This document shows, in pieces, positions 1 to 12,236 of a stretch of DNA of 64,000 nt. The notes beneath the pieces were generated by a model. It worked only from the letters and a program-made list of their open reading frames with translations. It ran no database searches and had not been told where the DNA came from. The stretch is from Albugo candida (taxonomy: Eukaryota): positions 62,001 through 126,000 of the forward strand of contig JBDOQK010000039.1 of assembly GCA_040437565.1 (NCBI GenBank), given 5' to 3'. A program made the translations under genes and the position numbers. Position 1 is the first letter of the stretch. Every line of letters starts with the position of its first letter.

Positions 1-2
1 TC

Positions 3-263
3 TTACCTGAAGCGGATGGATCCGTATCGTTTCTGTCCAATATGAGCCGTCTTTTTGGAGTCAATGCAAAACTCAAAATGGTCAAAGAAACAGTCCATCA
101 AGCCCAATCTCTCGCGCTTACGACGTTAGGCAATGCAAAAGCAGTGACATCAACTGCTCGAAATATCGCCGGGGAAGCTTTTGGCGAGGCGAAAACTATG
201 GTTCGCGGATTGTTGAAAAAGTGGAATCCGCACGCAGTGAGCGCACAAGAGAGTACTTTATGA
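3..263 (+). CDS. 3' end of a hypothetical protein (gene starts before the window)
   Basis: The frame is open from base 3 (LPEADGSVSFLSNMSRLFG...) to TGA at 263. It lies tail-to-tail with the POT gene 41 bp away. No recognisable motif. Confidence 0.5.
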   Translation, partial: LPEADGSVSFLSNMSRLFGVNAKLKMVKETVHQAQSLALTTLGNAKAVTSTARNIAGEAFGEAKTMVRGLLKKWNPHAVSAQESTL

Positions 264-304
264 AACACAACGATGGAATACGTTTGATTGAATGCTTTTG
301 ACAT

Positions 305-2310
305 CTACCTGGTAGCTTCCGCGCGTGTAGGCTGCATTTTCGCCATCAATTTTCGAGCAGCTCGAGGAAGCGCTGGAGAAAAGCCCGAGACGGATTCTTC
401 TTTTTCTCTGGTCCGAGGTGTTTGATGCGATTCGAACGATTGTGAGACGATCAAGAACGCGATCCAGTTGAGAAGCACGATGAATGCCAGCACGAGAAAG
501 ATATACTCGAGGTGGCCATCGTTGAGATTGCCGGGTATCCAGAATGAGAAAATGCTGTTGAGACCGCCACCGACAATGTATCCCAGAGAAGTCGTGAGAA
601 GGTTTAAGGCTTGGCACACACTCCGCATGGATGGCGGAACTTCCGAATAGAAGAGGTCGTACGCTAAAAGCCACGTTCAGATGTGTTTCTACAGGAAAAG
701 AGACGACAGCGTACCCGAAATACTTGTCAAAATCTCACCGATTCCGATCAAGAGATATTGCGGTGTTTGCCACCAAACGCTGATGGACGACATGAGAAGC
801 GTTTCTCGGGATGCAGCACAATTGGACGAAATGTTGTCAACATAGCCTGCTTGCTTACGCGTGTATTCGATCCATGCAGCCATCGCCATTGCGAGAAATG
901 AACAGAACAAACCTGCTCCAATTTTGCGCAACAGTGTCGGCTCCATTCCGATACCGTGGAGGAACGGGTACACAATCTTATCGAAAATCGGGATGAAGGC
1001 GAGAATGACACTCGAGTCCAAGATGGAAAGCATCGCTGATGATATGAGAGGCGCTGAAGAGGAAGTGGTTGAATCAAACCGTAGATCCATTTGACATCCT
1101 TGTAATACGAAATTGGAGCCTTGTTGCGCGTATACGGCCCAAAAGATGATTATGAAGCTCAGATATGGCGATAATCGCAACACTTGACCGACTGCGTTTA
1201 CTTGCTCGCTGCTGAAGGAACCTCCATTGTGGATAGTGGCAACCTGCAGCCACTTGACGGAATTCCCAGCGACAATGAATACAATCGCACCGTACATGAC
1301 CGAAGCGGCTCCAATTAAAGCCAATAGCACGTGTGTGGTTGGATGCGATACAAAATAAGACGCCGTTGTGAAGAGAATTCCTGGAAGAAATGCCAAGCCT
1401 GCAGTCAAAATAAGCATTCCCTGCTTTGATTTCGCTCCCGCTTGCAGTAAAATATCCACAAATTCTCCAATAGCGCTTCCCGATGGAGCCACACGACGAT
1501 ATCGCGATTTTCCTCCATAGAAAACCAAAAGTGCGACGCCAAAAATGATCGTTGGAAGCAGAAACGAGAAAAAGAAGCCAAATGTCTGCGGTATCACTGG
1601 CGGTATGCCATTTACAGCGATATTCGTCAGAATCCCATAACTAAATGTTGCGCCGATATTAATTGCCCAATAAAACCAATTGAAAAAACTCTCTTTTTCC
1701 TTCCGTTCCGATGCGATTTTCAGATCAAATTGATCGGCTCCTAAAACGACGACATTTGGTTTGATGCCACCAGCGCCGAATGCAACTCCCACAAATAATC
1801 CAAACATAAAAATCCAAAGCGCATTATTGGATTCGGACGGCCACGCGCCATAGACACACAGTAGCAGTCCGAATAGGTACACCGACGAGAAGAGAATAAT
1901 TCTAATAGAAACGATTATTGCATGCTGCTGTGATCGCTCGAGCGGCGACGTACGTGTAAAATCGACCCAAATGCCGATCCGCAATGTATGCGCCAAGCAG
2001 AGGCGTCAGGTACGATAATGAGGTGAAAGCATTGTTCAGTTCGGTAGAGAGGACGTTGGAGATCCCAAATTGCTTATGGAAGAAGATTGGAAGCGATCCG
2101 GTAAGGCCGTAGTATGTTAATCGCTCGCAAAACTATAATTTATAAGAGATTGAGAAAGTATCGACTGGGTGATGCATCATACATTACTTCAGTAACGAGA
2201 ATAAAGGAACAAACAGACCAGATTTTCGATTTGGATCGTATTTTATCTTTCGGTAGAGTAGAAGTTAATAAATATGTATGCTCCTCATCTGATCGTTCCG
2301 TCGCTGTCAT
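305..2310 (-). CDS. POT/PTR family proton-dependent oligopeptide transporter (4 exons, ~615 aa)
   Basis: Manual splicing with GT-AG introns 2133-2187, 1902-1953 and 664-714 gives one open frame. It contains the ExxER motif (TEFCERLTYYG), GAYIADRHLGRF, GAGGIKPNVVVLGADQF, FFNWFYWAINIG, WWQTPQY and YSEVPPSMRS. Confidence 0.95.
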
Positions 2311-2407
2311 TTGGGTGTACGCGTTTTGTGATTGGATAGATTATGAAATTAACAAATTGGATTGGCTTAAAATGAGAAAACAAATGCAAGATCGCCGGAT
2401 ATGGATA

Positions 2408-3178
2408 CTAAATTGTAGCCATACTCGTTAATAAGCAGATATCCGTCTCCGCAGAGATACATTGAAGGTACTCGCGGACTTTGGGAGGCCATTTAACGTC
2501 TTTCACAATGGTCAAATTCCGCAATACTGGGAATAGGTGAATATCGTCAAAACTTGCTTCATCCTTGCTTACAATATCGCGAGGAAGCAGCGGTTCCAAC
2601 TCGATCAAATACTGATTGGTTTTGGCCACAAATTCGGGTGTTTTCTCAATTGCTTCACTGAAAGGGCCGATAGCGCTCTCTTTCTTCTTACGATAAAACT
2701 CTCGACCTCCCAATTGAGCGAATTCAGCGAATGGCGCCATGGCATATCGTGGATGATAGAGTCGACGAAATACTGGAGCGGTGTCCTGGATCCATTTCTG
2801 GATACCTGGGCTGACCGAAGACTGCTTCAGAATGGGAGGACCGCCTAAATGCTTGTCCACATACTGAATGATATCGAGTGATTCTCCCATTGGCTTGAGT
2901 TTCCCCGGGATTTCAAAGATTGGAACTTTCTTAACACCAATCAAGTTTATAGGAGTGTCCATGTCATCAGCTGCCACAAAAATCAGCTCGTGTTTGATAT
3001 TTTTCCATCCAAGAATCATTCGAACACGGACACAGTAGGGGCAATGCTCGTAAGTGTACAATTTGGGAAGGTTGCGAGACGCTTTAGTCTTAAGTTTCTC
3101 GTTTAGAATTGTAGCGCCAATCGCGCCGACAGCTCCACCGACTGTCAATGCGACAAGTGTCTTCGTCAAGTCGCTCAT
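2408..3178 (-). CDS. grxB: Glutaredoxin-2 (GrxB-type, GST fold) with N-terminal hydrophobic extension
   Basis: Intronless 256-aa ORF. KLYTYEHCPYCVRVRMILGWKNI..KVPIFE..MGESLDIIQYVD and the C-terminal DDIHLFPVLRNLTIVK closely follow the E. coli GrxB pattern. Confidence 0.9.
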   Translation of the reverse strand: MSDLTKTLVALTVGGAVGAIGATILNEKLKTKASRNLPKLYTYEHCPYCVRVRMILGWKNIKHELIFVAADDMDTPINLIGVKKVPIFEIPGKLKPMGESLDIIQYVDKHLGGPPILKQSSVSPGIQKWIQDTAPVFRRLYHPRYAMAPFAEFAQLGGREFYRKKKESAIGPFSEAIEKTPEFVAKTNQYLIELEPLLPRDIVSKDEASFDDIHLFPVLRNLTIVKDVKWPPKVREYLQCISAETDICLLTSMATI

Positions 3179-3990
3179 TCTCTGCGGTCAGAAATTGTGG
3201 AAATTTGACAGTCGCTTGTACCAGTAAGATTGTAGCCAATGAGAAATATGGAACAGATCGCTGTCGAATTACCGATACGAGTGTATGTACGACAAAGACA
3301 AAGCTGATCCTTTGAAGATTGAATGTCATTTGATGTCCATCTTATAGCGAGCGCTTAAATGCATCATTTGTCGGTGGATATTCCTTCGATTCGGTTTGGC
3401 TTTATGTATCAGGCGAAACATACAAACAATTGCTGCAGGTGGACAATATTCGGATTGCTGATCTTTCAAACACTTTACCATCATTGCCACGATACATCAA
3501 GTCTATTGCGATGGATCTGGTGGGAATCTCAACTTGAGCAAATCATCGGACCATGCCGTGTTCTCGTAAGATACGATAGGAAGATGCCATCACAAAGATC
3601 TATCAAGCTGTGTATATGCGGCATTCGGCTTTTATTGTACACAACCGAGAATTGATGATGTGTTGAACTCATTGATTTTTCGGTTGGATTGAGACACTTG
3701 ATGGAACGTTTCACTCAGCAGGATCCATCAGCTCTCCTGTGTTCATACCAGTTGCGGGACTTTACGTCCCTTAAACCTTAATTCCATACATCGATAAGCA
3801 GAGATAAAGGGATTTTGATCACAATAGAATCGAAGATTACCATACATGCGGATTCCTGGAATATTTGCAGCAACAATGCTTGCATCGAATAAGCAAGGAG
3901 TGGGAGTGCGAATGTGGGATGACATATTCCTCTATATATTCCTCTATTTTCTTGTGATAGTGTATACTTATTTGCTTCGCCGACACAGTA

Positions 3991-4878
3991 TCACGTATTG
4001 CTGTCGTCAGTTACTGAAAGCACTGTATTGCACTGATAACATTCAAACTGAAGTTGCTTTCTTCTGTAATGATCTAAGCAACGTCGATGTACAATTGTGT
4101 CACAGCGACCCCGATACTGCGGGCAAAATACCCCTCGAACGAGCTCAGCCTTACATATTGCACAATGAGATATGTTAAGCTCCAGAACCAAATCTTTCAA
4201 CTCCAAGAAGACTCTTGGCCCATAAGAATACATTGTTTCAATTCCATCATCCTCTATTTCTTCGACATAACTCATGAGCCATTTTTCTGATGTAAGTCGA
4301 TCCAACAAACAAATGGTCTCTCTGATGGTAGTGTTCTCACGTAAATCAACCATATCTTCTTGCCGGCAAACTCCTTCCCTCGTTTGCGCTATCTCTTCGA
4401 GGGCCTTTCGGAAAAAGCTGATTTCTCTATCTGTGTAATTGCATGCAAACTTGGTGAGCGAGTCGTTCCCCTATACAGCAAATCTGTTACATCCAGCGTG
4501 CAATGTCGAATCACTATAGTGGTACCAGTACCGTATTGACAATTGCAAAATAAACCTCGCCGTCATCGTGCATAGCTCGGCGTAGATCTAGCGCCAGCGG
4601 TTGTATCGCTGACTCTATCCGACGGATTGAATTATCCAGAGCAGTTTCATCCAAATCTTGTCAAGTATCAAGTAAGAGTGGATATGCAAATGCGAGGAGA
4701 TATTTCTGACCCGCGAGTTTCTTGACTTCTTTATGCAATTCGTTTTCTGAAATTGCTCCCTTCGCCTTGCATTCCAGGCATAGGTTAGTTGTTCCAATGT
4801 TTTAAGAAAGAGATTGGTGCAAAGTGTCGATACCATAAGAATTTGTAGCAGCATTTGCTCGGTATCACTGAGTTTCAT
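3991..4878 (-). CDS. NSE1: NSE1, SMC5/6 complex subunit (winged-helix + RING-like), multi-exon
   Basis: Exons read MKLSDTEQMLLQILM..., IQPLALDLRRAMHDDGEVYFAIVN, DSLTKFACNYTDREISFFRKALEEI and YGPRVFLELKDL. The C-terminal RING-like domain is CAIC..C..C..HRRCLDHY..CYQC. Confidence 0.88.
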
Positions 4879-5174
4879 CTCAGATGATCAAATCGGATGG
4901 ATTTCTTAGCAGTATATTGATACCGGTTTCTAGCGGTAGCGTCCGGGTCAAGCTGCACGCAACTAGTGTCAGCACGAACGCGTGATGTTCATAATCAGCA
5001 GCAACAATTGACGTCTTATACAGGTCACAAAACTCCACAATAGGGCATTTTTACAAGCAGCTCCCTCAATTGTTATTATATCAGTATGAAAATTTGTTTG
5101 CCGGAAGTCGGATGGATACTCTCCTTGGCAACCGTTACCCAGATATTCATTGGGACTTCACGAAGTATACTTCT

Positions 5175-5694
5175 TGCTGTAGTAGACTGGCCAGGCAGGA
5201 GTTCACTCGATAGGTTTCTCGGTCGCGCTGCGGAAAAAGGGAGCTTCATGCGCTAAAGTAAGAAGTTATTCGATGTAGACGTTATCTTAGCCATTTGGCT
5301 ATATACTTTAAAGACCACTAATATCAGCTACAACTTGCAGCTCCTGGTAATATTCAAATTTGAACTAAGAAATGCACGAGCCGGNNNNNNNNNNNNNNNN
5401 NNNNNNNNNNNNNNNNNNNNNNNNNNNNNNNNNNNNNNNNNNNNNNNNNNNNNNNNNNNNNNNNNNNNNNNNNNNNNNNNNNNNTGCTGTAGTAGACTGG
5501 CCAGGCAGGAGTTCACTCGATAGGTTTCTCGGTCGCGCTGCGGAAAAAGGGAGCTTCATGCGCTAAAGTAAGAAGTTATTCGATGTAGACGTTATCTTAG
5601 CCATTTGGCTATATACTTTAAAGACCACTAATATCAGCTACAACTTGCAGCTCCTGGTAATATTCAAATTTGAACTAAGAAATGCACGAGCCGG
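5175..5694. repeat. Exact 210-bp direct duplication flanking a 100-N gap (assembly overlap)
   Basis: 5175-5384 is identical to 5485-5694. Confidence 0.9.
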
Positions 5695-6627
5695 TTTATT
5701 ATATCGGAAGATGAACTTTTGGGGGCTGATGAAAAAATGTTAAATTCTGATAGAAGATTGTAAAGAAACACAAGTGAACGCTATTTCGCGTCATCTTTTA
5801 TGCGTGATGCACGTCTTAGAACCTCGAGGGAATTAGGTGTAGTAACGGGAGAGCTGGTAAGATTTACCTCACTTTTGATCTACTATAACTTTCTCGACTA
5901 GATGTTTTGCTATGGAAGTCAAGCATTGAATAAAGGTTACCGATCCCCTTAGCACTGGGATTGTTGTTCCCACAACTTTTTTATAAAGGAAAGCTAGAAT
6001 TCTGTGCCTGGAGTACCCCCTTTATAAGTAAATCTTACATTTTGTTGCGCTTTTTTTCCAAGTCGAAATCTGCGTCCGATAAAAAATGCCGCGGTTTTTT
6101 TTTGCCAGCGCCAACCACCCCAAACATCCAATCGCAACCAGCCCAACATGCCTTCCACNNNNNNNNNNNNNNNNNNNNNNNNNNNNNNNNNNNNNNNNNN
6201 NNNNNNNNNNNNNNNNNNNNNNNNNNNNNNNNNNNNNNNNNNNNNNNNNNNNNNNNNNGTAGAAGGGGTGACAACTGCAAAAAAAACGCAAAATTTCGAT
6301 TTTCCTTGAAATGAACAATATATAGATCATATTTTCTAACTATTCGTTTATAAATCATACTTTCGAAAGAAGTGGTATAAAATCCCCATGTCCCCTATTT
6401 TTGTACTTCATAAATTTCTCATAATTGTATGAAAAGTTCAGCAATAGTCGGACGCTTTCGTGTAGCCGCTGGGGGACCGAAAACGTTCTCATATTGATGC
6501 CTTTTCTCTGTCCACGTACCGCTGGTTAGATCTTCCATGTATCCGTTGGGCACAGAAGTTAAATCCGATACTGTGTAATATTAGTCGAAGCCAGGATCCG
6601 GCTGAAGTAGAAGCTACGATGAACATA

Positions 6628-8220
6628 ACATCCCGTGCGGTGTCGCCTTCAATGAGAGCAATCACGTTATTGCTTTGCTGCGCGTCACTCACATTTTTAT
6701 TTTGATTAGACTATAATTCAACTCACTTAAGAAACTCGCATGGACTGGGCCATTGAATTTACTTATTTTGACGTTAAGAGTATTGCCAGGATTCCTATCC
6801 TAAGAAGGCTTCATATTCAAATTGTAAGTTACCATCACTTGACATATCGCACTCCTATGATTGGTTAATCTTTATTCTTCGATTCCGCTTCAACTTTGAT
6901 CGATCAAAGTGACACATCTATGCGAGCAGAGGAGCAAGCGTCTTCTAAGGCTATTTTGTAGACTTGTAAAGTGTCAAGAAACTAAAACAATCTTATTAAT
7001 CTGACATGTACCTTTGTCGTTTCTCAGGCGTAGCTTTATCACAGCCTATAGATCATGCCAGCAGGCATCTTTCATCATGTCCATCACTCATGATATACTC
7101 CCTCATGCCGCAAATTGACCTAGGAAGGAAACTGCGGTGAATGCTAACTTGTTCGCTCATTGCTTTTCTATACATGAGTACGGTATCAGTGGTAAGGACT
7201 TTTATGATGGGAGATGTTCCACTGGCCACAACTGTGCTTTTCTTTAGGGACCATTTCAGCTCCTTCACGCACAGAAACGTTTTTGAGGACATGATGTTCA
7301 CCAAACCCACTGAAAATATGATACGACAATCCGAGCCTGAATACAATAGCGTTTTAATATTTTTCTTATTCATCCNNNNNNNNNNNNNNNNNNNNNNNNN
7401 NNNNNNNNNNNNNNNNNNNNNNNNNNNNNNNNNNNNNNNNNNNNNNNNNNNNNNNNNNNNNNNNNNNNNNNNNNNACATCCCGTGCGGTGTCGCCTTCAA
7501 TGAGAGCAATCACGTTATTGCTTTGCTGCGCGTCACTCACACTTTTATTTTGTTTAGACTATAATTGAACTCACTTAAGAAACTCGCATGGACTGGGTCA
7601 TTGAATTTACTCATCTTGACGTTGACAGTATTGCCAGGGTTCCTATCCTAAGAAGGCTACATAATCAAATTGTAAGTTACCATCACTTGACATATCGCAT
7701 TCTCATGCTCGGATAATCTTTATTCTTCAATTCCGCTTCAACTTTGATCGATCAAAGTGACACATCTCTGCGAGCAGAGGAGCAAGCGACCCCTAAGACT
7801 ATCTTGTAGACTTGTAAAGTGTCAAGAAACTAAAACAATCTTATCAATCTGACATGTACCTTGTCGTTTCTCAGGCGTAGCTTTATCAAAGCCTATAGAT
7901 CATGTCAGCAGCCATCTATCATCATGTCCATCACTCATGATATACTTCCTCATGCCGCAAACTGACCTAGCAAGGAAATTGAGGTGAATGCTAACTTGTT
8001 CGCTCATTGCATTTCTGTACATGAGCACGGTATTGGTGGTAATGACTTTTATGATGGGAGATGGTTCACTGGCCACAGCTGTACTTTTCTTTAGGGACCA
8101 TTTCAGCTCCCTCACGCACAGAAACGTTTTTGAGGACATGATGTTCACCAAACCCACTGATATGATACGACAATCCGAGCCTGAATACAATAGCGTTTTA
8201 ATATTTTTCCAATTCATCTA
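6628..8220. repeat. Diverged ~750-bp direct repeat pair (6628-7375 vs 7476-8220)
   Basis: The copies are colinear with many substitutions. Both give near-identical spurious ORFs (MSSKTFLCVKELKWSLKKST / MSSKTFLCVRELKWSLKKST). Confidence 0.9.
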
Positions 8221-8287
8221 CCGTAGCCTTAATTCCCCGCTGTTTCCACACACCGACACTTTCTTCACTCGTATCTTATCCTTCACA
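8052..8287 (+). mobile_element. Putative LTR-like segment (TGATGGG...TTCACA), opposite orientation to the gypsy remnant
   Basis: It begins TGATGGG and ends CCTTCACA, like the minus-strand LTR at 10423-10604. Its last ~50-70 bp are an inverted copy of 9362-9411 and 10423-10470. The interior aligns poorly and no target-site duplication was seen. Confidence 0.45.
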
Positions 8288-8571
8288 TCTATTACACGCG
8301 CAATCTTCGCTGATTTGATAGGAACTCCGCTTCACTCGGTGCAAATGACATACAATTGCGAACAGAGTGCCCGTACTATCACACTATAAGCCCTTGCATC
8401 TTTGTCACCTGCTTATACGAAAATTGCAAGCTCTCTCATTCTTTACTATCGCTTCCGGCTCCCAGTACATGAAACATTTTGGCAGGTCCTGACACCATAT
8501 ACAAAACACCATCGAATTTCTCTTTTTTCATGCAGGTCCATCTCCAATTTTCCACAACTTTTCGTTCAAAG

Positions 8572-10512
8572 GCCGGTGGTTCCAATGCGTCAACCATCCG
8601 CTTGACAATTTTTTTTAATTCCACTTGCTTCACATACTCCTGTACACCATGATGATCCAGAATTCTGCAAAATTGGTTCCTCAAGGTAGATATCGCGCAT
8701 CCATAAAGGTCAAATCTAGCGTTATCCTGCGTATTTCGGCGCCTATTCGCTAAACGCACGCAATCGGTATGTTCGGCTTCACAAAAGTTAGTAAATCACT
8801 CTAGGTCGGCAATGTACTCGGGATCTTGTTGCATCTCGAAAATCATTATCTGATCCCCTTGTCAAACGTCCACGAAGTCTGATAACGCAATTACAAACGG
8901 CTTGTTTTTGCATGTTTTATAGATGAGCAACGTGCTGTAATATTATTGATGTTTCTAGACAAATTCTCGCATATCCTTGGACGTTTCCGCTTTGTGGAAG
9001 TTGAGGCACGTTTGCTATTCGACTGTCTCCGGAAACGTCCATCGTTCTCCGAACGCGTTCTTCGGTCAGCTATTCAACGAACGGTCCCGACAGGCTGAGT
9101 CTTCCCAGCCCCCGACCTTGTCGTGTTACTTTTGCCTCTGGAACGATTGCTCTCTGCTCCTCGCACATATCTTCGTTTGTGCCCATGATACCTAAAAATG
9201 ACCAACTTTAGTACATCGCAAACTTATTCTAAAGAGAACAAGTAACGAACTAAAGTCAACTTTGCTATCTCGTCCATTCCTGAGCAAGTCTTTTCTTCTT
9301 CAACTGTCGATGGCTCCCACACCATGAAACTTTTCAGTAGTTCCTGACACCATTTGCAAAATTTGTGAACGATAAAATACTAGTGAAGAAAGTGTCTCGG
9401 TGTGGAAACAGTGGGGAGGTGAAGGCCACGGTGGGGAAAATAGAAAATACAAAAATTNNNNNNNNNNNNNNNNNNNNNNNNNNNNNNNNNNNNNNNNNNN
9501 NNNNNNNNNNNNNNNNNNNNNNNNNNNNNNNNNNNNNNNNNNNNNNNNNNNNNNNNNCGAGACGAAACTGTAAATCCTCGAAAATTGGTAATACACGTTT
9601 TCGAAGATGCCGTGATGTAGCCAAGCCGGTGGTTCAATGCGTCAACCATCCGCTTGACGATTCTTTTTTAATTACACCTGCTCACATACTCCTGTAAACC
9701 GTGATGATCCAGAATTCTGTAAAACTGGCTCCTCAAGGTAGATATCGTCGATCGCGCATCCATAAAGGTCAAATCTAGTGTTATCCTGCGCATTTTGGCG
9801 CCTATTTCGCTACATCCACGCAATCGGGATGTTCGGCTTGCCAAAACTTAGTAATCCACTCTAAGTCGGCAATGTACTCGGGATCTTGTTGCATCTCGAA
9901 AATCATCATCTGATCCCCTTGTCAAACGTCCACGAAGTCTGATAACGCAATTACAAACGGCTTTTTTTGCATGTTTCATAGTTGAGCAGCGTGCTGTAAT
10001 ATTATTGATGTTTCTTGACAAATTCTCGCATATCCTTGGACGTTTCCGCTTTGTGGAAGCTGAGGCACGTTCGCTATTCGACTGTCTCCGGAAAAGTCCA
10101 TCGTCCTCCGAACGCGTTCTTCGGTCAACTGTTCAACGAACGGTCCCGACAGGCTGAGTCTTCCCAGCCCCCGACCTTGTCGTATTTCTTCTGCCTCTGT
10201 AACGATTGTTCTCTGCTCCTCGTACATATCTTCGTTTGTGCCCATGATACCTAAAAATGACCAACTTTGGTACATCGCAAACTTATTCTAAAGAGAACAA
10301 CTAACGAACTCAAGTTAACTTTGCTATCTCGTTTATTCCTGAGCAAGTCCTTTCTTCTTCAACTGTCGATGGCTCCCACACCATGAAACTTCTCAGCAGT
10401 TCCTGACACCTTTTGCAAAATTTGTGAAGGATAAAATACTAGTGAAGAAAGTGTCGGGGTGTGGAATCAGTTGGGAGGTGAAGGCCACGGTGGGGGAATA
10501 GACGATACAAAA
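8572..10512. repeat. Diverged ~890-bp direct repeat pair (8572-9457 vs 9625-10512); LTR end + PBS + gag-like region on the minus strand
   Basis: The copies are colinear. Read on the minus strand, each contains an LTR end followed by TGGTGTCAGGA (9342-9352) or AGGTGTCAGGA (10401-10411), then disrupted ORF fragments. Confidence 0.85.
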
Positions 10513-10604
10513 ATTACTATACAAGATTCTTTCGGTACCAGTTTTTATGGTAAGATATGAGAGGTACGCGTGACCTAACCTTGAGATGGATACCGAGCCC
10601 ATCA
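10423..10604 (-). mobile_element. Putative LTR of the gypsy element
   Basis: On the minus strand it follows a polypurine tract GAAGGAGAGAGAAA (~10605-10618), starts TG, ends CA, and is followed within ~11 nt by a PBS-like sequence. Confidence 0.6.
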
Positions 10605-10654
10605 TTTCTCTCTCCTTCAATGTACCTACTCCATTACGTATTCCTTCAATTTCG

Positions 10655-12100
10655 TCAGCGTGTGCGTATTTGTCGACCATCTGATGGATAGTATCTGTTG
10701 AAAGAACACGGATGAAATACATTCGAGGATCTGGAAATAGTGCGTCTGTACGGTGACTGTGAAGATATCATACATGTTGATTTCGTTGATGAAATCATGC
10801 CTCGGGCTTTTCTCGAAACTGTACGAAGGACGTGGAAATTACGAAAGTTTCTTGGGATTGTGGATCGGTTCTTGCTTACTGGTTCNNNNNNNNNNNNNNN
10901 NNNNNNNNNNNNNNNNNNNNNNNNNNNNNNNNNNNNNNNNNNNNNNNNNNNNNNNNNNNNNNNNNNNNNNNNNNNNNNNNNNNNNAGGACCTCCAACTGA
11001 TGTGTATCTGGATTGATACGGCATTCCAGAAATTTTTGGACCAAATGTCCACCATTTGCATACACCACGTAGTCTTGCAAATTTTTGCGTAATTCTTAAT
11101 TCTCGCTCGCTGTAGAATTTCAATTCGTGACATGTCGGGTAATAATAGCAAACGGCTCCACCAACTCTTGCATATCGTAAGTCCACCCGTTTGATGTTGC
11201 CACAACTTGATAAGGTTCTTCCAATGTAAAATGAGCTTATTTGTTTGTCGTGCAACATTTTCAGAGAGAATAGAATCCCAATCTTGGAATTCACGGGAGA
11301 AACGCGGTGCTTTTGTTGTGTCCATGCCTCGCAGCGTCAATTTCTTCTGTGCCACGTCAGACACTCGTTGATACATGCCGTCAAGCGTAGCTTTCAACGT
11401 CTCAATGTGCTTCAGCTGAGCGTCTTATAAACCTAGTTTCGTGCGCGAGAAAAACGCAGTTTTTCCCGGTGGCTGGTAGGGTACACTGATATGATCCTAT
11501 CGCGAAAATCCAGTGAAAGCCGTGACCGGGGCAATTCCACCAAGTCGACTGGATGGAAGCTGTCTTAAAGTTGATTGACACATGAACAATGAATTTGGCC
11601 AATGTCCGATTCGCTGTTTGCGCTCGCTCAGGAGAGACCGCATGACTTCAAGCACCTGATGATTCATTACCTCCACCGTTCCATTTGCCCACGGCAATAC
11701 GCCGGTGACGAAATGATGTTTAGCACTCAACATTTTTGTAAATTCTCCATGACTTCATCCGATAACCATCATAGAACCACACCATGCCGCTTAAACCAAT
11801 CCAGGAGCGCCTGGACGGTCACCTCCGTGTTCGCCATACTTGTTGGTATCAGCTCGCAGAATCCACTCATTCCATCTTTTAATATCAATGCGTAACAGAA
11901 TCCATGGAATTCTTCAGACATGATCAAGAAATAAAAGTGCAGTATTTCGTTGAGTTTAGTGCATGAAGCTGATTCGCACAGATTAGTAAACGATGAAAGC
12001 ACCATGCCTCTCTCGTGCCTTTGAAGCTATATCAAGTGGGTTGATCGATATAGCAACATGCATTTCGTCCTGTAGCTTTACGGGAATGCCGACAACGGCA
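10655..12100 (-). mobile_element. Degenerate Ty3/gypsy (chromovirus-like) pol remnant: integrase + chromodomain
   Basis: Frameshifted fragments include YALILKDGMSGFCELIP..TVQALLDWFKRHG and HHFVTGVLPWANGTVEVMNHQVLEVMRSLL (rve core), plus YANGGHLVQKFLECRINPDTHQLEV (chromodomain start). Multiple stops and frameshifts. Confidence 0.85.
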
Positions 12101-12236
12101 AATCTACTTAGCACTTGACCTGAGAAACCGTTGGATACTCTATTCTTACCAGATCGCGGAATCGATAGACTGATGGATGCATAAAATTGGTGGTTGGGTG
12201 GCAACTACGTGTCAAATCTATATTGGCAATCGGGAA

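Noticed and set aside
3330-3930. Short ORFs between grxB and NSE1 (e.g. MSSHIRTPTPCLF...)
   Set aside because: A plausible intron exists, but the spliced products are short and lack any motif. I cannot support a gene.
5961-6480. A/T-run-rich sequence around the 6159 gap as a transposon end or contaminant
   Set aside because: No matching terminal repeat or coding signal found in the window, and the ORFs there are artefacts of N runs.
7053-8389. Paired ~105-130 aa ORFs on both strands
   Set aside because: They lie within repeat/LTR-like DNA and have no recognisable domain. Their similarity simply reflects the DNA duplication.
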